50,215 bases of DNA from an uncultured Clostridia bacterium (lineage in GTDB: Bacteria > Aerophobota > Aerophobia > Aerophobales > B3-G15): contig CAYZYX010000009.1 of assembly GCA_964482715.1 (NCBI GenBank), positions 1 to 50,215 on the forward strand, read 5' to 3'. Below the pieces are notes generated by a model. It searched no databases, was not told the origin of the DNA, and worked only from the letters and a program-made list of their open reading frames with translations. This document shows positions 37,234 through 47,110 of this stretch, one piece after another (the first letter of the stretch is position 1; each line of letters opens with the position of its first letter). Both the position numbers and the translations under genes were made by a program.

Positions 37234-38332
37234 TTGCCTTTCCCTGACTGGAGATATTTAAAAGAATTCCTACAGCGGTCAGGCAAGTAATCAGAGAGGA
37301 ACCACCATAGCTTATAAAAGGCAATGGGGAACCTGTGGTTGGTAAAATTACAGTTGCCACTCCCATGTTTATAATAGCCTGACCTGAAATCAGAACAGTC
37401 AATCCGATGGCAAGTAGTTTACCTAAGCTGTCAGGTGCACGTCTTGCTATTTTTAACCCTCTCAGAGTAAAAATAACAAAAAGTAAGGTAATTAATGTTG
37501 TACCGATGAATCCAAATTCTTCTCCAATTACTGCAAAAATGGAATCAGTATGAGGTGTGGGTAAATAAAAGAGTTTTTCTTTTCCCTCTCCTGGACCCAA
37601 TCCCCAAAGACCTCCAGCTCCAAGAGCAATTTTCAGATGAAGGGAATGAAAACCAATTCCGAGAGGATCGCTTTCAGGATTCAGGAAAGCTTCAATTCTG
37701 TTTTTACGATAACCAATTTCAAAAATAGAAAAGTAAAGTGGTATAATGCTCAACAAACCAACATAAAGCATGTGAGTTATTCTGGCCCGACCACAGTAAA
37801 GCAAAACGAAACCAACTCCAGCAATAATCAAGGCTGATCCAAGGTCAGGTTCGATCATTACCAGGAAAAATATTAAGCTAATTATGAGAAGATAAGGTAA
37901 AAACCCGTTAATAAAACTACGAATTTTTTCTCTTTTCCGGATAATGGAACAGGACACGTAAATTATAAGTCCAATTTTAGCAAGTTCACTTGGCTGAATT
38001 TGAAATGAACCCAGAGTAATCCATCGATGGACTCCCTGGATACTTCTACCAATTTTTGGAGCAAAGACCATGAAAAGAGAAAGTATAACCACAAGAATAA
38101 TAATTCTATCCAGTTTCCTGTAAAAATGATAGTCGATTTTACTCATCAAAAAAAGAATCCCCACACCCAATACAAGCCACTTCAATTGATTCATCCCCCA
38201 TTTGTAAGGAGATCCCTCACTTAAATAACCAAGAGGTGCACCAGCACTGAAAATTGCTACTACACCTATCCCTATAAGTAAGAAAACCACTAAAACCAGA
38301 GGATAATCAAAGTAACTTTTTTTCGGTAACAT
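37208..38332 (-). CDS. ftsW: SEDS peptidoglycan polymerase FtsW
   Basis: RWI..G..QPSE, EPDLG, PHTDSIFAVIGEE, PTTG.PLPFISYGGSS; start moved to ATG 38332. Confidence 0.92.
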   Translation of the reverse strand: MLPKKSYFDYPLVLVVFLLIGIGVVAIFSAGAPLGYLSEGSPYKWGMNQLKWLVLGVGILFLMSKIDYHFYRKLDRIIILVVILSLFMVFAPKIGRSIQGVHRWITLGSFQIQPSELAKIGLIIYVSCSIIRKREKIRSFINGFLPYLLIISLIFFLVMIEPDLGSALIIAGVGFVLLYCGRARITHMLYVGLLSIIPLYFSIFEIGYRKNRIEAFLNPESDPLGIGFHSLHLKIALGAGGLWGLGPGEGKEKLFYLPTPHTDSIFAVIGEEFGFIGTTLITLLFVIFTLRGLKIARRAPDSLGKLLAIGLTVLISGQAIINMGVATVILPTTGSPLPFISYGGSSLITCLTAVGILLNISSQGKANAGNRNKG

Positions 38333-39704
38333 AAGATAAAAGCTTTTTAACCTCTCTTTTAAATATGGCACCTCTCTGCCGGTAACTTCTGAATTGATCG
38401 AAGCTTGAACAGCCCGGACAGAGAACAACTGTATCACCTTCCTGACTTAAGGAAAAGGCCGCTTTCACCGCCTCCTCCAAACTTCCACATTCCACAACCC
38501 GGACAAATCTCGCAAGCGTTAGCTTTATCTTCCTTCCTGTCTCTCCGATTGTCAGTACGCTTTTTATTTTGTTTAAATTTTTATTTTTAAGAAGAAAAGA
38601 AAAATCTCCTCCTTTGTCCTTACCACCCATTATTAAAATTACCGGCTTTTCAACAGATTCAAGCAGATTTTCCACCGAACCCGGGTTAGTTGCTTTGGAA
38701 TCGTTGATAAATTTAACACCCTTCACTTCACCCACGATTTCCTGACGATGGGGCAAGGGTTGATAACTTCTCAAGACCTGGTGTATGGATTTGATGTCTA
38801 TTTTCTGTAAAATAGCAATCCCTACTGCACATAAAACGTTCTCCCAGTTATGAAAATTTTGTAGTCTTAAGCCATCCAAGGAAATTTGAAAATTTCCCTC
38901 TTCCAATCTCGCTATTATCTGACCTTTTTCCCTGTAAAGACCTTTTTCCAACTTTTGAGTTTTACTGAAAAAAATAACTCTGGCTTTGGTGAGTCCTCTT
39001 ACAGATTTTACCCATGATTCATCATAGTTTAAGAAAGCCACATCATCTCTTTTCATCCGTAGAAGGGGAAGACATTTAACTTTACGGTATTCATCAAAGG
39101 AAAGATGACGATCAAGGTGATCCGGGCTTATGTTGAGAATGGCGTAAACATGAGGCGAAAAAGTACCGGTTGTCTCAAGCTGAAAGCTGCTTATTTCTGT
39201 TATCACAAAATCAAAGGATGCAGGATGACAAACTCTGGCCAAACGGGAAAGAGGTACTCCAATGTTACCAGCCAACTTGACTTTTATTCCATTTTCCCTC
39301 AAAATCTTATAGGTCAAAAAACAGGTTGTTGTTTTACCATTTGTGCCCGTCACAGCGATGATCTTTTCCCGAGGTAAAAAGCGGCTGGCAATCTCCAATT
39401 CACTCAAAACAGGAATACCAAGAAGTTTTGTCTTCTTTACAAGAGGCAACGCAGGATCAATTCCGGGTGAAATGATGACCAGATCTTTCCCTTTTAACAG
39501 ATTTTGATGGAAAGGTCCTATAGATACCTTGATGCCGAGTTTCTCTAACTGTCTCTTTTTTCTAAAAATCAGAGGAATGTTTTTAGTTTCAGCAATTGTC
39601 ACATTTTTGCCCTTTTCTTTCAAAAGAAGACCCACCTCTTTTCCACTTCTACCTAACCCGAGTATCAAAACCGATCTATAATTCATTTTTTTAAGTTTTA
39701 CCAA
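38307..39704 (-). CDS. murD: UDP-MurNAc-L-Ala:D-Glu ligase
   Basis: GLGRSG, SPGI, GTNGKTT, EISSFQL, DHLDRH, NDSKATN, SFDQF. Confidence 0.94.
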   Translation of the reverse strand: MVKLKKMNYRSVLILGLGRSGKEVGLLLKEKGKNVTIAETKNIPLIFRKKRQLEKLGIKVSIGPFHQNLLKGKDLVIISPGIDPALPLVKKTKLLGIPVLSELEIASRFLPREKIIAVTGTNGKTTTCFLTYKILRENGIKVKLAGNIGVPLSRLARVCHPASFDFVITEISSFQLETTGTFSPHVYAILNISPDHLDRHLSFDEYRKVKCLPLLRMKRDDVAFLNYDESWVKSVRGLTKARVIFFSKTQKLEKGLYREKGQIIARLEEGNFQISLDGLRLQNFHNWENVLCAVGIAILQKIDIKSIHQVLRSYQPLPHRQEIVGEVKGVKFINDSKATNPGSVENLLESVEKPVILIMGGKDKGGDFSFLLKNKNLNKIKSVLTIGETGRKIKLTLARFVRVVECGSLEEAVKAAFSLSQEGDTVVLCPGCSSFDQFRSYRQRGAIFKREVKKLLSYVTEKKLL

Positions 39705-40735
39705 AAGATACTCATAACTCCTATCAGGGAAAAAATCCCTGAAATAATCCAGAAGTTAAAGACTATTTGTTTTTCCTTCATACCTTTTAATTCAAAATGA
39801 TGATGAAGGGGGGTCATCTTAAAAATTCTTTTACCTCTTAAACGAAAGGAAACAACCTGAATTATCACTGACAGCGCTTCAAGTATAAAAACAATTCCCA
39901 CAAACATAAGAAGAAGCTCTGCTTTTAAAAAAACAGCACTTATTCCCAGAACTCCTCCCAGAAATTCAGAGCCAACTCCTCCCATGAAAAGCCGGGCTGG
40001 GTATTTGTTGTACCGGAGAAAACCGCTTAAAGCCCCTAAGAGAGCACACCAGAAAATTCCCACTTCTCCTATTCCGGAAATATAGGGCAGATTAAAGGCT
40101 GAAGACAGAGTTTTGTCCACCTGGATATAGGCAAGAACAATGAAAACAATGGCTGGGCCAATCATGCACCCTGCCGTTAAGCCATCGAGACCATCACTTA
40201 AATTAACAGAGTTAGTTGAACCAAGAATTATTAAAAAAAAAGCCACAGGATAAATCCAATTAAGCTCCAGTTTAATATCTGAGAAGGGGACGCTTACCCA
40301 GGTTGGTATAATGGAGGTTCTATAAATATAAAATCCAAGAAAAATTCCTATTGCTGATTGTAAAAGTAATTTAACTTTTCCGGAAAAACCTCTGGAATTT
40401 TTTCTAAACCTTTTAATTAGATCATCCATAAACCCTATCCATCCCATATAAAAGGCCGTAATAAGGATCAAAAGAACGTAAATGTTAAAATTTTCTGTCA
40501 TAAGTAGCATACTTATCATAAGACAAAAAAGTACCAGTAACCCGCCACCTGTGGGAGTTCCCACTTTGACTTTATGAGTGGAAGGGGAATACACTCGGAA
40601 ATAGTCTACCATCTGTATTCTTTTGAGCCAGATGATAAACCTTCTACCCAGAAAAAGGAAAAGTAAAAGGGAAATGAAAAAAGCAAAACCCATGCGAAAA
40701 ATTAAGGGTAAAGAGGGAAAGAGGTTACCAATCAT
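39698..40735 (-). CDS. mraY: phospho-MurNAc-pentapeptide translocase, atypical FMGG motif
   Basis: K.GTPT.GG, GFMDD..K, NL.DGLDGL, PLHHHFE; dcw position. Confidence 0.92.
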   Translation of the reverse strand: MIGNLFPSLPLIFRMGFAFFISLLLFLFLGRRFIIWLKRIQMVDYFRVYSPSTHKVKVGTPTGGGLLVLFCLMISMLLMTENFNIYVLLILITAFYMGWIGFMDDLIKRFRKNSRGFSGKVKLLLQSAIGIFLGFYIYRTSIIPTWVSVPFSDIKLELNWIYPVAFFLIILGSTNSVNLSDGLDGLTAGCMIGPAIVFIVLAYIQVDKTLSSAFNLPYISGIGEVGIFWCALLGALSGFLRYNKYPARLFMGGVGSEFLGGVLGISAVFLKAELLLMFVGIVFILEALSVIIQVVSFRLRGKRIFKMTPLHHHFELKGMKEKQIVFNFWIISGIFSLIGVMSIFW

Positions 40736-42132
40736 GTTCGTATCCCTTTCAGTTCCGGTATTATATCCTCCATTTGCATCTTTCGAGATCCTTTAATTAA
40801 AACACAATCCCCGCTTTTAAGATAACCTGCCAGAGTTTTAGCTAAATCTTCTTTGTTTTCAAAATAAAAACACTCCTTTAATCCAGCCTTATTTGCCCCT
40901 TTCAATGTGTGGAAGCTAAATTTACCACAGGTAAAAAGAGCGTCAATCCTCAGTGAGGCTGCAATTTTCCCTATTTCTTCATGAAGCTCTTGGGAAAACT
41001 CTCCCAGTTCCAGCATATCTCCAAGAACTGCTATTTTCCTTTCCCCCTTTAAATTTTTTAAGGTTAAAAGAGCCGATCTGGTAGACTCTGGATTTGCATT
41101 GTAACAGTCAATAAAAAACGTAAGGTCTTTCCATTTTTCGACCCTGGAGCGGAGAGGGGGAAGACTAAAAGATTCTACACTTTCCTTTATTTTCACCGGG
41201 GAGATCCCCAAAAGGTAACCCACTGCTGCTGCCGCCATGGTGTTATAAACGTTGAAAAATCCAGGAAAAGGCAAACAAAAAGTAATACTTTCACCACCGG
41301 GAAAAACGAAATCAAACTCTGTTTTTTCACCCTTCATTTTAACTTTTAGACCCTTAAAATCAGCATCACTGTTCACACCAAAGGTAAAAACCCGACAAAT
41401 TGCTCTTTTCTGAAAATAACAGGTCCAGGGATCATCTTGATTTAAAATCAAAATGTTTTCGCTGTCCCTATTTAAAAAGGGGATCATTTCTGCTTTTGCC
41501 CGGGCAATTTCTTCCAGACTTCCTAAAAAACCTATATGAGCCCTATGCACATTGGTTATTATTCCAATTTGAGGCTGGACTATCTCGGATAGTATCTTTA
41601 TCTCACCCAACTGATTCATTCCTATCTCCAGAATACCAATTTGATCCTGAGGAGAAAACTGCAAAATGGAAAGAGGTACCCCAATCTGATTGTTAAAGTT
41701 ACCCAGGGATCTTGTCACTCTGTAACGTTGGGAGAGAATACTGGCAGTAAGTTCCTTTACGGTTGTTTTTCCATTACTTCCGGTGATCCCAATTAAGGTA
41801 AGGCCCAACTTCTCCCGGTAACTTTTGGCAAGAAGATGCAATGCCTTTAAAGTGTTTTTTACTCTTATTATTAAAAATTCGGATGGAACATCACGGTTAA
41901 ATTCATCTACTATTGCTCCTAAAGCCCCCTTTTTACAGGCATCTTCTACAAAATCATTACCATTAAAATTTTCTCCTTTCAAAGCAACAAAAAGTTCCCC
42001 TTTTCCAATAATCCTTGTATCAGTGCAAAGTTTTGAAGCAGGAATAAAAAGGTTACTTCTTGTAACTGGAACCTGTAGCAATTCCCCTTGAATTATCCTA
42101 ACCATTTCACTCAGAAAAAACCCTTCTCTCAT
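40732..42132 (-). CDS. murF: UDP-MurNAc-tripeptide:D-Ala-D-Ala ligase
   Basis: GSNGKTT, NNQIGVP, DCYNANP, GDMLELG, KGSR. Confidence 0.94.
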   Translation of the reverse strand: MREGFFLSEMVRIIQGELLQVPVTRSNLFIPASKLCTDTRIIGKGELFVALKGENFNGNDFVEDACKKGALGAIVDEFNRDVPSEFLIIRVKNTLKALHLLAKSYREKLGLTLIGITGSNGKTTVKELTASILSQRYRVTRSLGNFNNQIGVPLSILQFSPQDQIGILEIGMNQLGEIKILSEIVQPQIGIITNVHRAHIGFLGSLEEIARAKAEMIPFLNRDSENILILNQDDPWTCYFQKRAICRVFTFGVNSDADFKGLKVKMKGEKTEFDFVFPGGESITFCLPFPGFFNVYNTMAAAAVGYLLGISPVKIKESVESFSLPPLRSRVEKWKDLTFFIDCYNANPESTRSALLTLKNLKGERKIAVLGDMLELGEFSQELHEEIGKIAASLRIDALFTCGKFSFHTLKGANKAGLKECFYFENKEDLAKTLAGYLKSGDCVLIKGSRKMQMEDIIPELKGIRT

Positions 42133-42139
42133 TTCAGGC

Positions 42140-43618
42140 TCATCCCGATTCTTTCAGTAAATCTTTGACCACCTCAACATCGCTAAAGGGAATCCTTTTA
42201 TTCTTAAAAATCTGAATCTTTTCATGTCCCTTTCCAGCTATTAACAAGGTATCTCCTTTTTTCATCTTATGAAGACCATAGGCTATGGCTTCCCTTCTAT
42301 CAACAAATGCGCTATAATGTCTTCCCTTTTTAGCTCCTTCTTCTATCATTCCTTTTTCAATTTGAGATATGATCTCTTCGGGGTCCTCGCTACGGGGATT
42401 ATCAGAAGTAAGGATGGTGTAATCAGCTATCTTAAAAGCAATCTTGCCCATCATGGGTCTTTTGTAAGGATCTCTGTCACCACCACACCCAAAAACCACG
42501 ATCAATCTGCCTGGCGTCAATCTACGCAAAGTTAAAAGTGTACCTTCAAGAGAATGAGGAGTATGAGCATAATCCACGTAGATATGAAGGTCGGCCTTAT
42601 TTTCTACCAGCTCAAGTCTTCCAGGAACTCTTTTTACCGCCTTCAAACCCTCATTGATGATTTCTGAGGGAATTTTCTCCTCTCGAGCTACTCCAACAGC
42701 AGCAATTGAATTGTAAACATTGTGAATTCCCGGTAGGTAGCACTCAAATGCCTCGTTTTTTCCTTCTATCTCTACTTCAAAAAAAGAACCCTGTCGGTTG
42801 ATCACTACATTCTTTGCCCGGTAGTCTGCCTTGCTTTTGATACCATAGGTCAAAACCCGACAGGAAGTCTCCGTAATTATTCTTTTGCCATAATCATCAT
42901 CTATATTAATTAGAGATTTTTTTTCAGGAAGCATCGTTTTAAACAGAATCATTTTAGCACTCAAATAATTCTCCATATCAGAATGAAAATCTAAATGCTC
43001 GGGAGAAAGGTTGGTGAAAACCGCAAAGTCAAACTCCACCTCTTCAACCCGTTTAAGAACCAAAGAATGGGAGGAAACTTCCATAAATACATATTTCACT
43101 TTATTGTCAACCATTTCCCGTAGCAACCTCTGCAGATCAAGAGACTCAGGTGTGGTAAATGATGAAGGATAGATTTTCCCTCCTGTATCGTAGTTAATGG
43201 TGGAAATTCTACCTGTTTTTACACCAGCTCTTTTAAATATAGACTCTAAAAGATAGGTAATAGTGGTTTTGCCATTTGTTCCCGTAATACCCACCAGTCT
43301 AAGTTGACGGGAGGGAAAGTGGTAAAAAAGACTACTGATTTGAGCTAATGCTTTTCTTGTGGACAGAACTTTAATAAAAACGGCCTCTGGTAAAGTATAA
43401 GAAAGCTTTTCCACAACAAATACTCTAACCCCTTTTTCATAAGCTTCCCTGATAAATTCATGCCCATCCTCTTTAAATCCTCTTATAGCTACAAAAAGAG
43501 AACCCTTTTCAGCTTTACGTGAGTCATAAAAGATTTTCCTTATCTCTTCATTATTAATATCTATCTTTCCTATAATCTCTTCCGGTTGCAAGTGTAAAAT
43601 TACATCTCTCACTTTCAT
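42140..43618 (-). CDS. murE: UDP-MurNAc-dipeptide:meso-DAP ligase
   Basis: GTNGKTT, EVSSH, DYAHTP, DNPR (mesoDAP-type), GKGHE. Confidence 0.95.
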   Translation of the reverse strand: MKVRDVILHLQPEEIIGKIDINNEEIRKIFYDSRKAEKGSLFVAIRGFKEDGHEFIREAYEKGVRVFVVEKLSYTLPEAVFIKVLSTRKALAQISSLFYHFPSRQLRLVGITGTNGKTTITYLLESIFKRAGVKTGRISTINYDTGGKIYPSSFTTPESLDLQRLLREMVDNKVKYVFMEVSSHSLVLKRVEEVEFDFAVFTNLSPEHLDFHSDMENYLSAKMILFKTMLPEKKSLINIDDDYGKRIITETSCRVLTYGIKSKADYRAKNVVINRQGSFFEVEIEGKNEAFECYLPGIHNVYNSIAAVGVAREEKIPSEIINEGLKAVKRVPGRLELVENKADLHIYVDYAHTPHSLEGTLLTLRRLTPGRLIVVFGCGGDRDPYKRPMMGKIAFKIADYTILTSDNPRSEDPEEIISQIEKGMIEEGAKKGRHYSAFVDRREAIAYGLHKMKKGDTLLIAGKGHEKIQIFKNKRIPFSDVEVVKDLLKESG

Positions 43619-43653
43619 TGTCTTTTATTTTAGCAAAAAAATAAAAAATGTAA

Positions 43654-45357
43654 TTATTTTCTGACCAGTAATTTTTTTTCCGGTAAGATTTCAAGAAGAG
43701 GAAGGACACGGGTGAGAATATCTCCAAACACAGGAGCCGCCACTTCCCCACCCCAGTATACCCCCGTAGGCTGTTTTATAACCACAATACCTGCTATTTT
43801 AGGTTCGCCTACGGGGGCAAAACCCATAAAGGAGGCAATGTATCTACCTGGTAAGTAGCCTCCACCTTTTGGAGAAGGGATTTGAGCTGTTCCCGTTTTG
43901 CCGCCCACCATGTATCCAAGAATTTTTGATTTCTTGCCGGTTCCTCTTTCAACTACCTCCGCCAGGATTTTTCTTAATTTCTCAGAGGTATCCGGGGATA
44001 TTACCCTTCTTACAATCTTTGGCCTATTTTCCTTAACAACTTCTCCTTGAAGGCTGATTATTTTTTTCACTACAAAAGGTCTTAACACTTTTCCTCCGTT
44101 AATAACGGCAGATAAGGCCACCACCATTTGAAGGGGAGTAACAGCAATCCCCTGGCCTATGGATATGCAGGGAAAATCGGTTAGATACCAGCGTTCTGGA
44201 GGTTTTACTATACCTCGTGCCTCCCCGGGAAGATCAATTCCCGTCTTCTGACCAAACCCAAAGTTAACAATATATCTGTAAAAAGTTAATTTATCCATAC
44301 GTTGGGCTAATTTAATAATGCCGACATCTGAGGAATTGTATACAATCTCTGTGAAATTCATTTCCCTGTTGAATTCCTTCCAGTCAGTTATTGTGTGATC
44401 TCCAAACCGAATAGAGGCATTGCAGTAAATTTTTTCTTCCAGATTAACAAGATCTTCTTCCATTAGGGCTGCACTGGTAACCACTTTAAAGGTAGACCCT
44501 GGTTCGTAAAGAGACTGAATTACCCGATTTCTTCGTTCAAAGGAGGTATAATCCCAAAAATTATTAGGGTTGTAATCTGGCTTGTTTGCCAGAGCCAGGA
44601 TTTCTCCGGTATAGGGATTCATAAAAATAGCTTCTACAGAGAGAGCTTTTGTTCTGGAGAGAGCTTTTGTCAATTCCTGTTCAACTATTGATTGGACTCT
44701 ACTGTCTATAGTCAAAATGAGACTTTTGCCTGGGATTACCTCCTTCAACACAGTTTGAGTAAAAGGAATAGTATGTCCCAGGGCATCTCTTTGTAACAGG
44801 ACCTTTCCTTTTTTACCGCGTAACTCCCTCTCATAATAATACTCCACTCCTGCCAGCCCCTGATTATCGATTCCAACCCAGCCAAGCAGATGACTGGCAA
44901 GCTCTCCCTCTGGATAAAACCTCTTACTCTCCTTGATAAAACCAATTCCTGGTAATTTAAGATTTTCTACTTTTTTCTTAATCTCCAGGTTGACCTTACG
45001 TTTTAACCAAACGAAAACACGATCCTTTTTTAGAACATTCAGAAGCTTTCCCTCTTCTGTGTCCAGAAGTGGAGCAATTCTACTGGCAGTATTCTCTGGA
45101 TTAGCAATCTCCTTAGGGGAGGCATAAATGGAAAAGGAGGTAACGTTTGTGCTCAAAGGTTTCAAATTGGAATCGTAAATGATGCCTCTTTGCGGTAGAA
45201 TATCAATTACTCTGACCTGTTCTTCTTCTGCCATTTTTGAGTATTTGTGGTGTTCTACTATTTGAAGCAGGTAAAGACGAAACTCAATTATCCCAAATCC
45301 GACAAGGAGCAATAAAAAAGGTAAATAAACCCTTATCTCTCTCTTATTTCTTCGCAT
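43654..45357 (-). CDS. ftsI: class B penicillin-binding protein, FtsI-like
   Basis: RG.I.D, R.YP.G, EPGSTFK, SSD, KTGTAQ; dcw position. Confidence 0.9.
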   Translation of the reverse strand: MRRNKREIRVYLPFLLLLVGFGIIEFRLYLLQIVEHHKYSKMAEEEQVRVIDILPQRGIIYDSNLKPLSTNVTSFSIYASPKEIANPENTASRIAPLLDTEEGKLLNVLKKDRVFVWLKRKVNLEIKKKVENLKLPGIGFIKESKRFYPEGELASHLLGWVGIDNQGLAGVEYYYERELRGKKGKVLLQRDALGHTIPFTQTVLKEVIPGKSLILTIDSRVQSIVEQELTKALSRTKALSVEAIFMNPYTGEILALANKPDYNPNNFWDYTSFERRNRVIQSLYEPGSTFKVVTSAALMEEDLVNLEEKIYCNASIRFGDHTITDWKEFNREMNFTEIVYNSSDVGIIKLAQRMDKLTFYRYIVNFGFGQKTGIDLPGEARGIVKPPERWYLTDFPCISIGQGIAVTPLQMVVALSAVINGGKVLRPFVVKKIISLQGEVVKENRPKIVRRVISPDTSEKLRKILAEVVERGTGKKSKILGYMVGGKTGTAQIPSPKGGGYLPGRYIASFMGFAPVGEPKIAGIVVIKQPTGVYWGGEVAAPVFGDILTRVLPLLEILPEKKLLVRK

Positions 45358-45745
45358 GGAAAATAAGATTGAGTTTTTCCATTAAATTGCCCAGCATCTC
45401 AAATAATAAAAAATGCCTTTCTTTTTTATTTTTTTGCAAGGAAATTGGCGGAGGGGAAGAGCTATTCATTGGGGGAGAGAGTCTCTCTTGTAAAAATCTT
45501 AATTTTTTTGGATTATCCAGTCCTAAATGTTTCCTGGCATACTCTTCTACTCTATTTAATGAAAGATAAGGGGAAAGTTTTTGGTGAAGATAATCGTTTT
45601 CTTCCTTCAGATTCTTCTTTTTTATTTTGAGTTCCTGAAGGAGATATCCTTTGTCCATTATTTCTGTATTTCGATAAACCTCCAGTCCAACAACCAACAT
45701 GGCAAAAATTATTATGGTTAAAACCCACCTGATCATACTCCTCAA
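45344..45745 (-). CDS. ftsL: FtsL-like cell division protein
   Basis: TM helix + coiled coil + RVEEYARKHLGL; between rsmH and ftsI. Confidence 0.75.
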   Translation of the reverse strand: MRSMIRWVLTIIIFAMLVVGLEVYRNTEIMDKGYLLQELKIKKKNLKEENDYLHQKLSPYLSLNRVEEYARKHLGLDNPKKLRFLQERLSPPMNSSSPPPISLQKNKKERHFLLFEMLGNLMEKLNLIFHAKK

Positions 45746-46668
45746 ATTTTCTCCGCCACTCTGAGCTTCGCCGAGCGAGAACGGGGGTTGTTTTGTATCT
45801 CTTCAGAGGAAGGCTTCACAACTTTGGGAGTAATTAAAATTAGCTCTTTCCCCTCCACCTCTTTAAATATTCTTTTTACTATCCTATCTTCAAGAGAATG
45901 ATAGCTTATAACACATATTCTTCCACCTTTTTTTAAAAGATCGATAGCTGCCGGTATGCCAAGTCTTATATTTTCAAGCTCCTGATTAACCGCTATACGT
46001 AAAGCTTGAAAAACTCTTGTCGCAAAATGAATTCTACTTCCTTTTCTGAATTTAGCCGGAACTGCTCTTTTTAAAGTAATAACCAATTGTTTGGTAGTCG
46101 AAATTGGCTGTTTTTTTCTCTCCTCGACAATAAATTTAGCCATGCGAGCTGCCCATCTTTCTTCTCCGAAAGTTCTAAAAATACTTTCCAATTCCCTGAG
46201 GGAAAGTTTATTTACAAGCTGGGCAGCAGTTATGTCTTTTCGTATATCCATTCGCATATCCAGAGGGTTGTCCTCTTTAAAACTAAATCCTCGCTTGGGA
46301 TCGTTTAATTGAAGAGACGAAATACCCAGGTCATAAAGAAAGCCATTCACTTCGGTAATGCCCAGACTCTCCAGAACTTTTTTAATTTCCACAAAACTTG
46401 CCCTTACAAGAATAGTTTTATCCCGGAATTTTCTTAAGCGCTCTGAAGCTATTTTTAGAGCCTCCTCATCCCAGTCAATACCGATTAATTTCACCTTTCC
46501 AGCGGTTCTTTCCATAATGGCTAAACTATGCCCTCCTGTTCCAACAGTGCAGTCAACATAAATCCCATCTTTTTGAGGATCAAGGTAAAACAGAACCTCA
46601 TGAACCATTACCGGAATATGAAATCCCTCATATTTCCAGGTCCATGATTTTCTCTGTGAGTTGTTCAT
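45742..46668 (-). CDS. rsmH: 16S rRNA m4C1402 methyltransferase
   Basis: HIPVM, DCT.G.GGHS, DLGISS.QL, PLDMRM, FQALRI.VN.EL, NPRSRSAKLR; start ATG 46668 tentative. Confidence 0.94.
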   Translation of the reverse strand: MNNSQRKSWTWKYEGFHIPVMVHEVLFYLDPQKDGIYVDCTVGTGGHSLAIMERTAGKVKLIGIDWDEEALKIASERLRKFRDKTILVRASFVEIKKVLESLGITEVNGFLYDLGISSLQLNDPKRGFSFKEDNPLDMRMDIRKDITAAQLVNKLSLRELESIFRTFGEERWAARMAKFIVEERKKQPISTTKQLVITLKRAVPAKFRKGSRIHFATRVFQALRIAVNQELENIRLGIPAAIDLLKKGGRICVISYHSLEDRIVKRIFKEVEGKELILITPKVVKPSSEEIQNNPRSRSAKLRVAEKI

Positions 46669-47068
46669 ATATACCTTTTTTTTGGTTATAGTAGTCATCC
46701 CAAGCCTCTTCACTCCATATTTCTACTTTATTAAAAGCACCTATAACTGCAACCTTCTCTTTTATCTCAGCAAATTCCTTGAGAGATTGAGGAATAGTGA
46801 TTCTTCCCTGGCCATCAGGTTGGACCGGATGAGCCCCTGAGAAAAAGATCCGAAGAAAAGCACGCACTTCCGAACGATTAATAGAAAGGTTCTTTAATCT
46901 TTTCCCCAATCTCTGCCATTCAGAAAAAGGATAAAGAAAAAGACTTTTATCTAATCCCTTGGTAACAATACAACCATCTTTTTCTCGCTCCAGAATTTGC
47001 CGGAAAGAAGAAGGGATAGTCAATCGATTTTTCTCATCCAGCCTATGTCGGTACTCCCCAATAAACAT
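46628..47068 (-). CDS. mraZ: transcriptional regulator MraZ
   Basis: MFIGEY...LDEKNRL.IP, DGQGRI.IP, EIW; start moved to ATG 47068 (SD GAGG/AAGG). Confidence 0.95.
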   Translation of the reverse strand: MFIGEYRHRLDEKNRLTIPSSFRQILEREKDGCIVTKGLDKSLFLYPFSEWQRLGKRLKNLSINRSEVRAFLRIFFSGAHPVQPDGQGRITIPQSLKEFAEIKEKVAVIGAFNKVEIWSEEAWDDYYNQKKGIYEQLTEKIMDLEI

Positions 47069-47076
47069 TCCTTCCT

Positions 47077-47110
47077 CTACTTTTCCCCACTTTTCACCAC
47101 TTGGTTCCAC
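47077..47110 (-). promoter_or_regulatory. MraZ-binding repeats (GTGG-N6 x3 plus GTAG)
   Basis: GTGGaaccaaGTGGtgaaaaGTGGggaaaaGTAG, exact 10-bp period directly upstream of mraZ. Confidence 0.85.

Noticed and set aside
38333..38437. N-terminal extension of ftsW
   Set aside because: Lies deep inside murD; ATG 38332 gives a typical length
46605..46713. Possible frameshift at the rsmH start (the ATGA overlap ATG is out of frame)
   Set aside because: An in-frame ATG at 46668 with AAGG upstream includes the conserved HIPV motif, so no frameshift is needed
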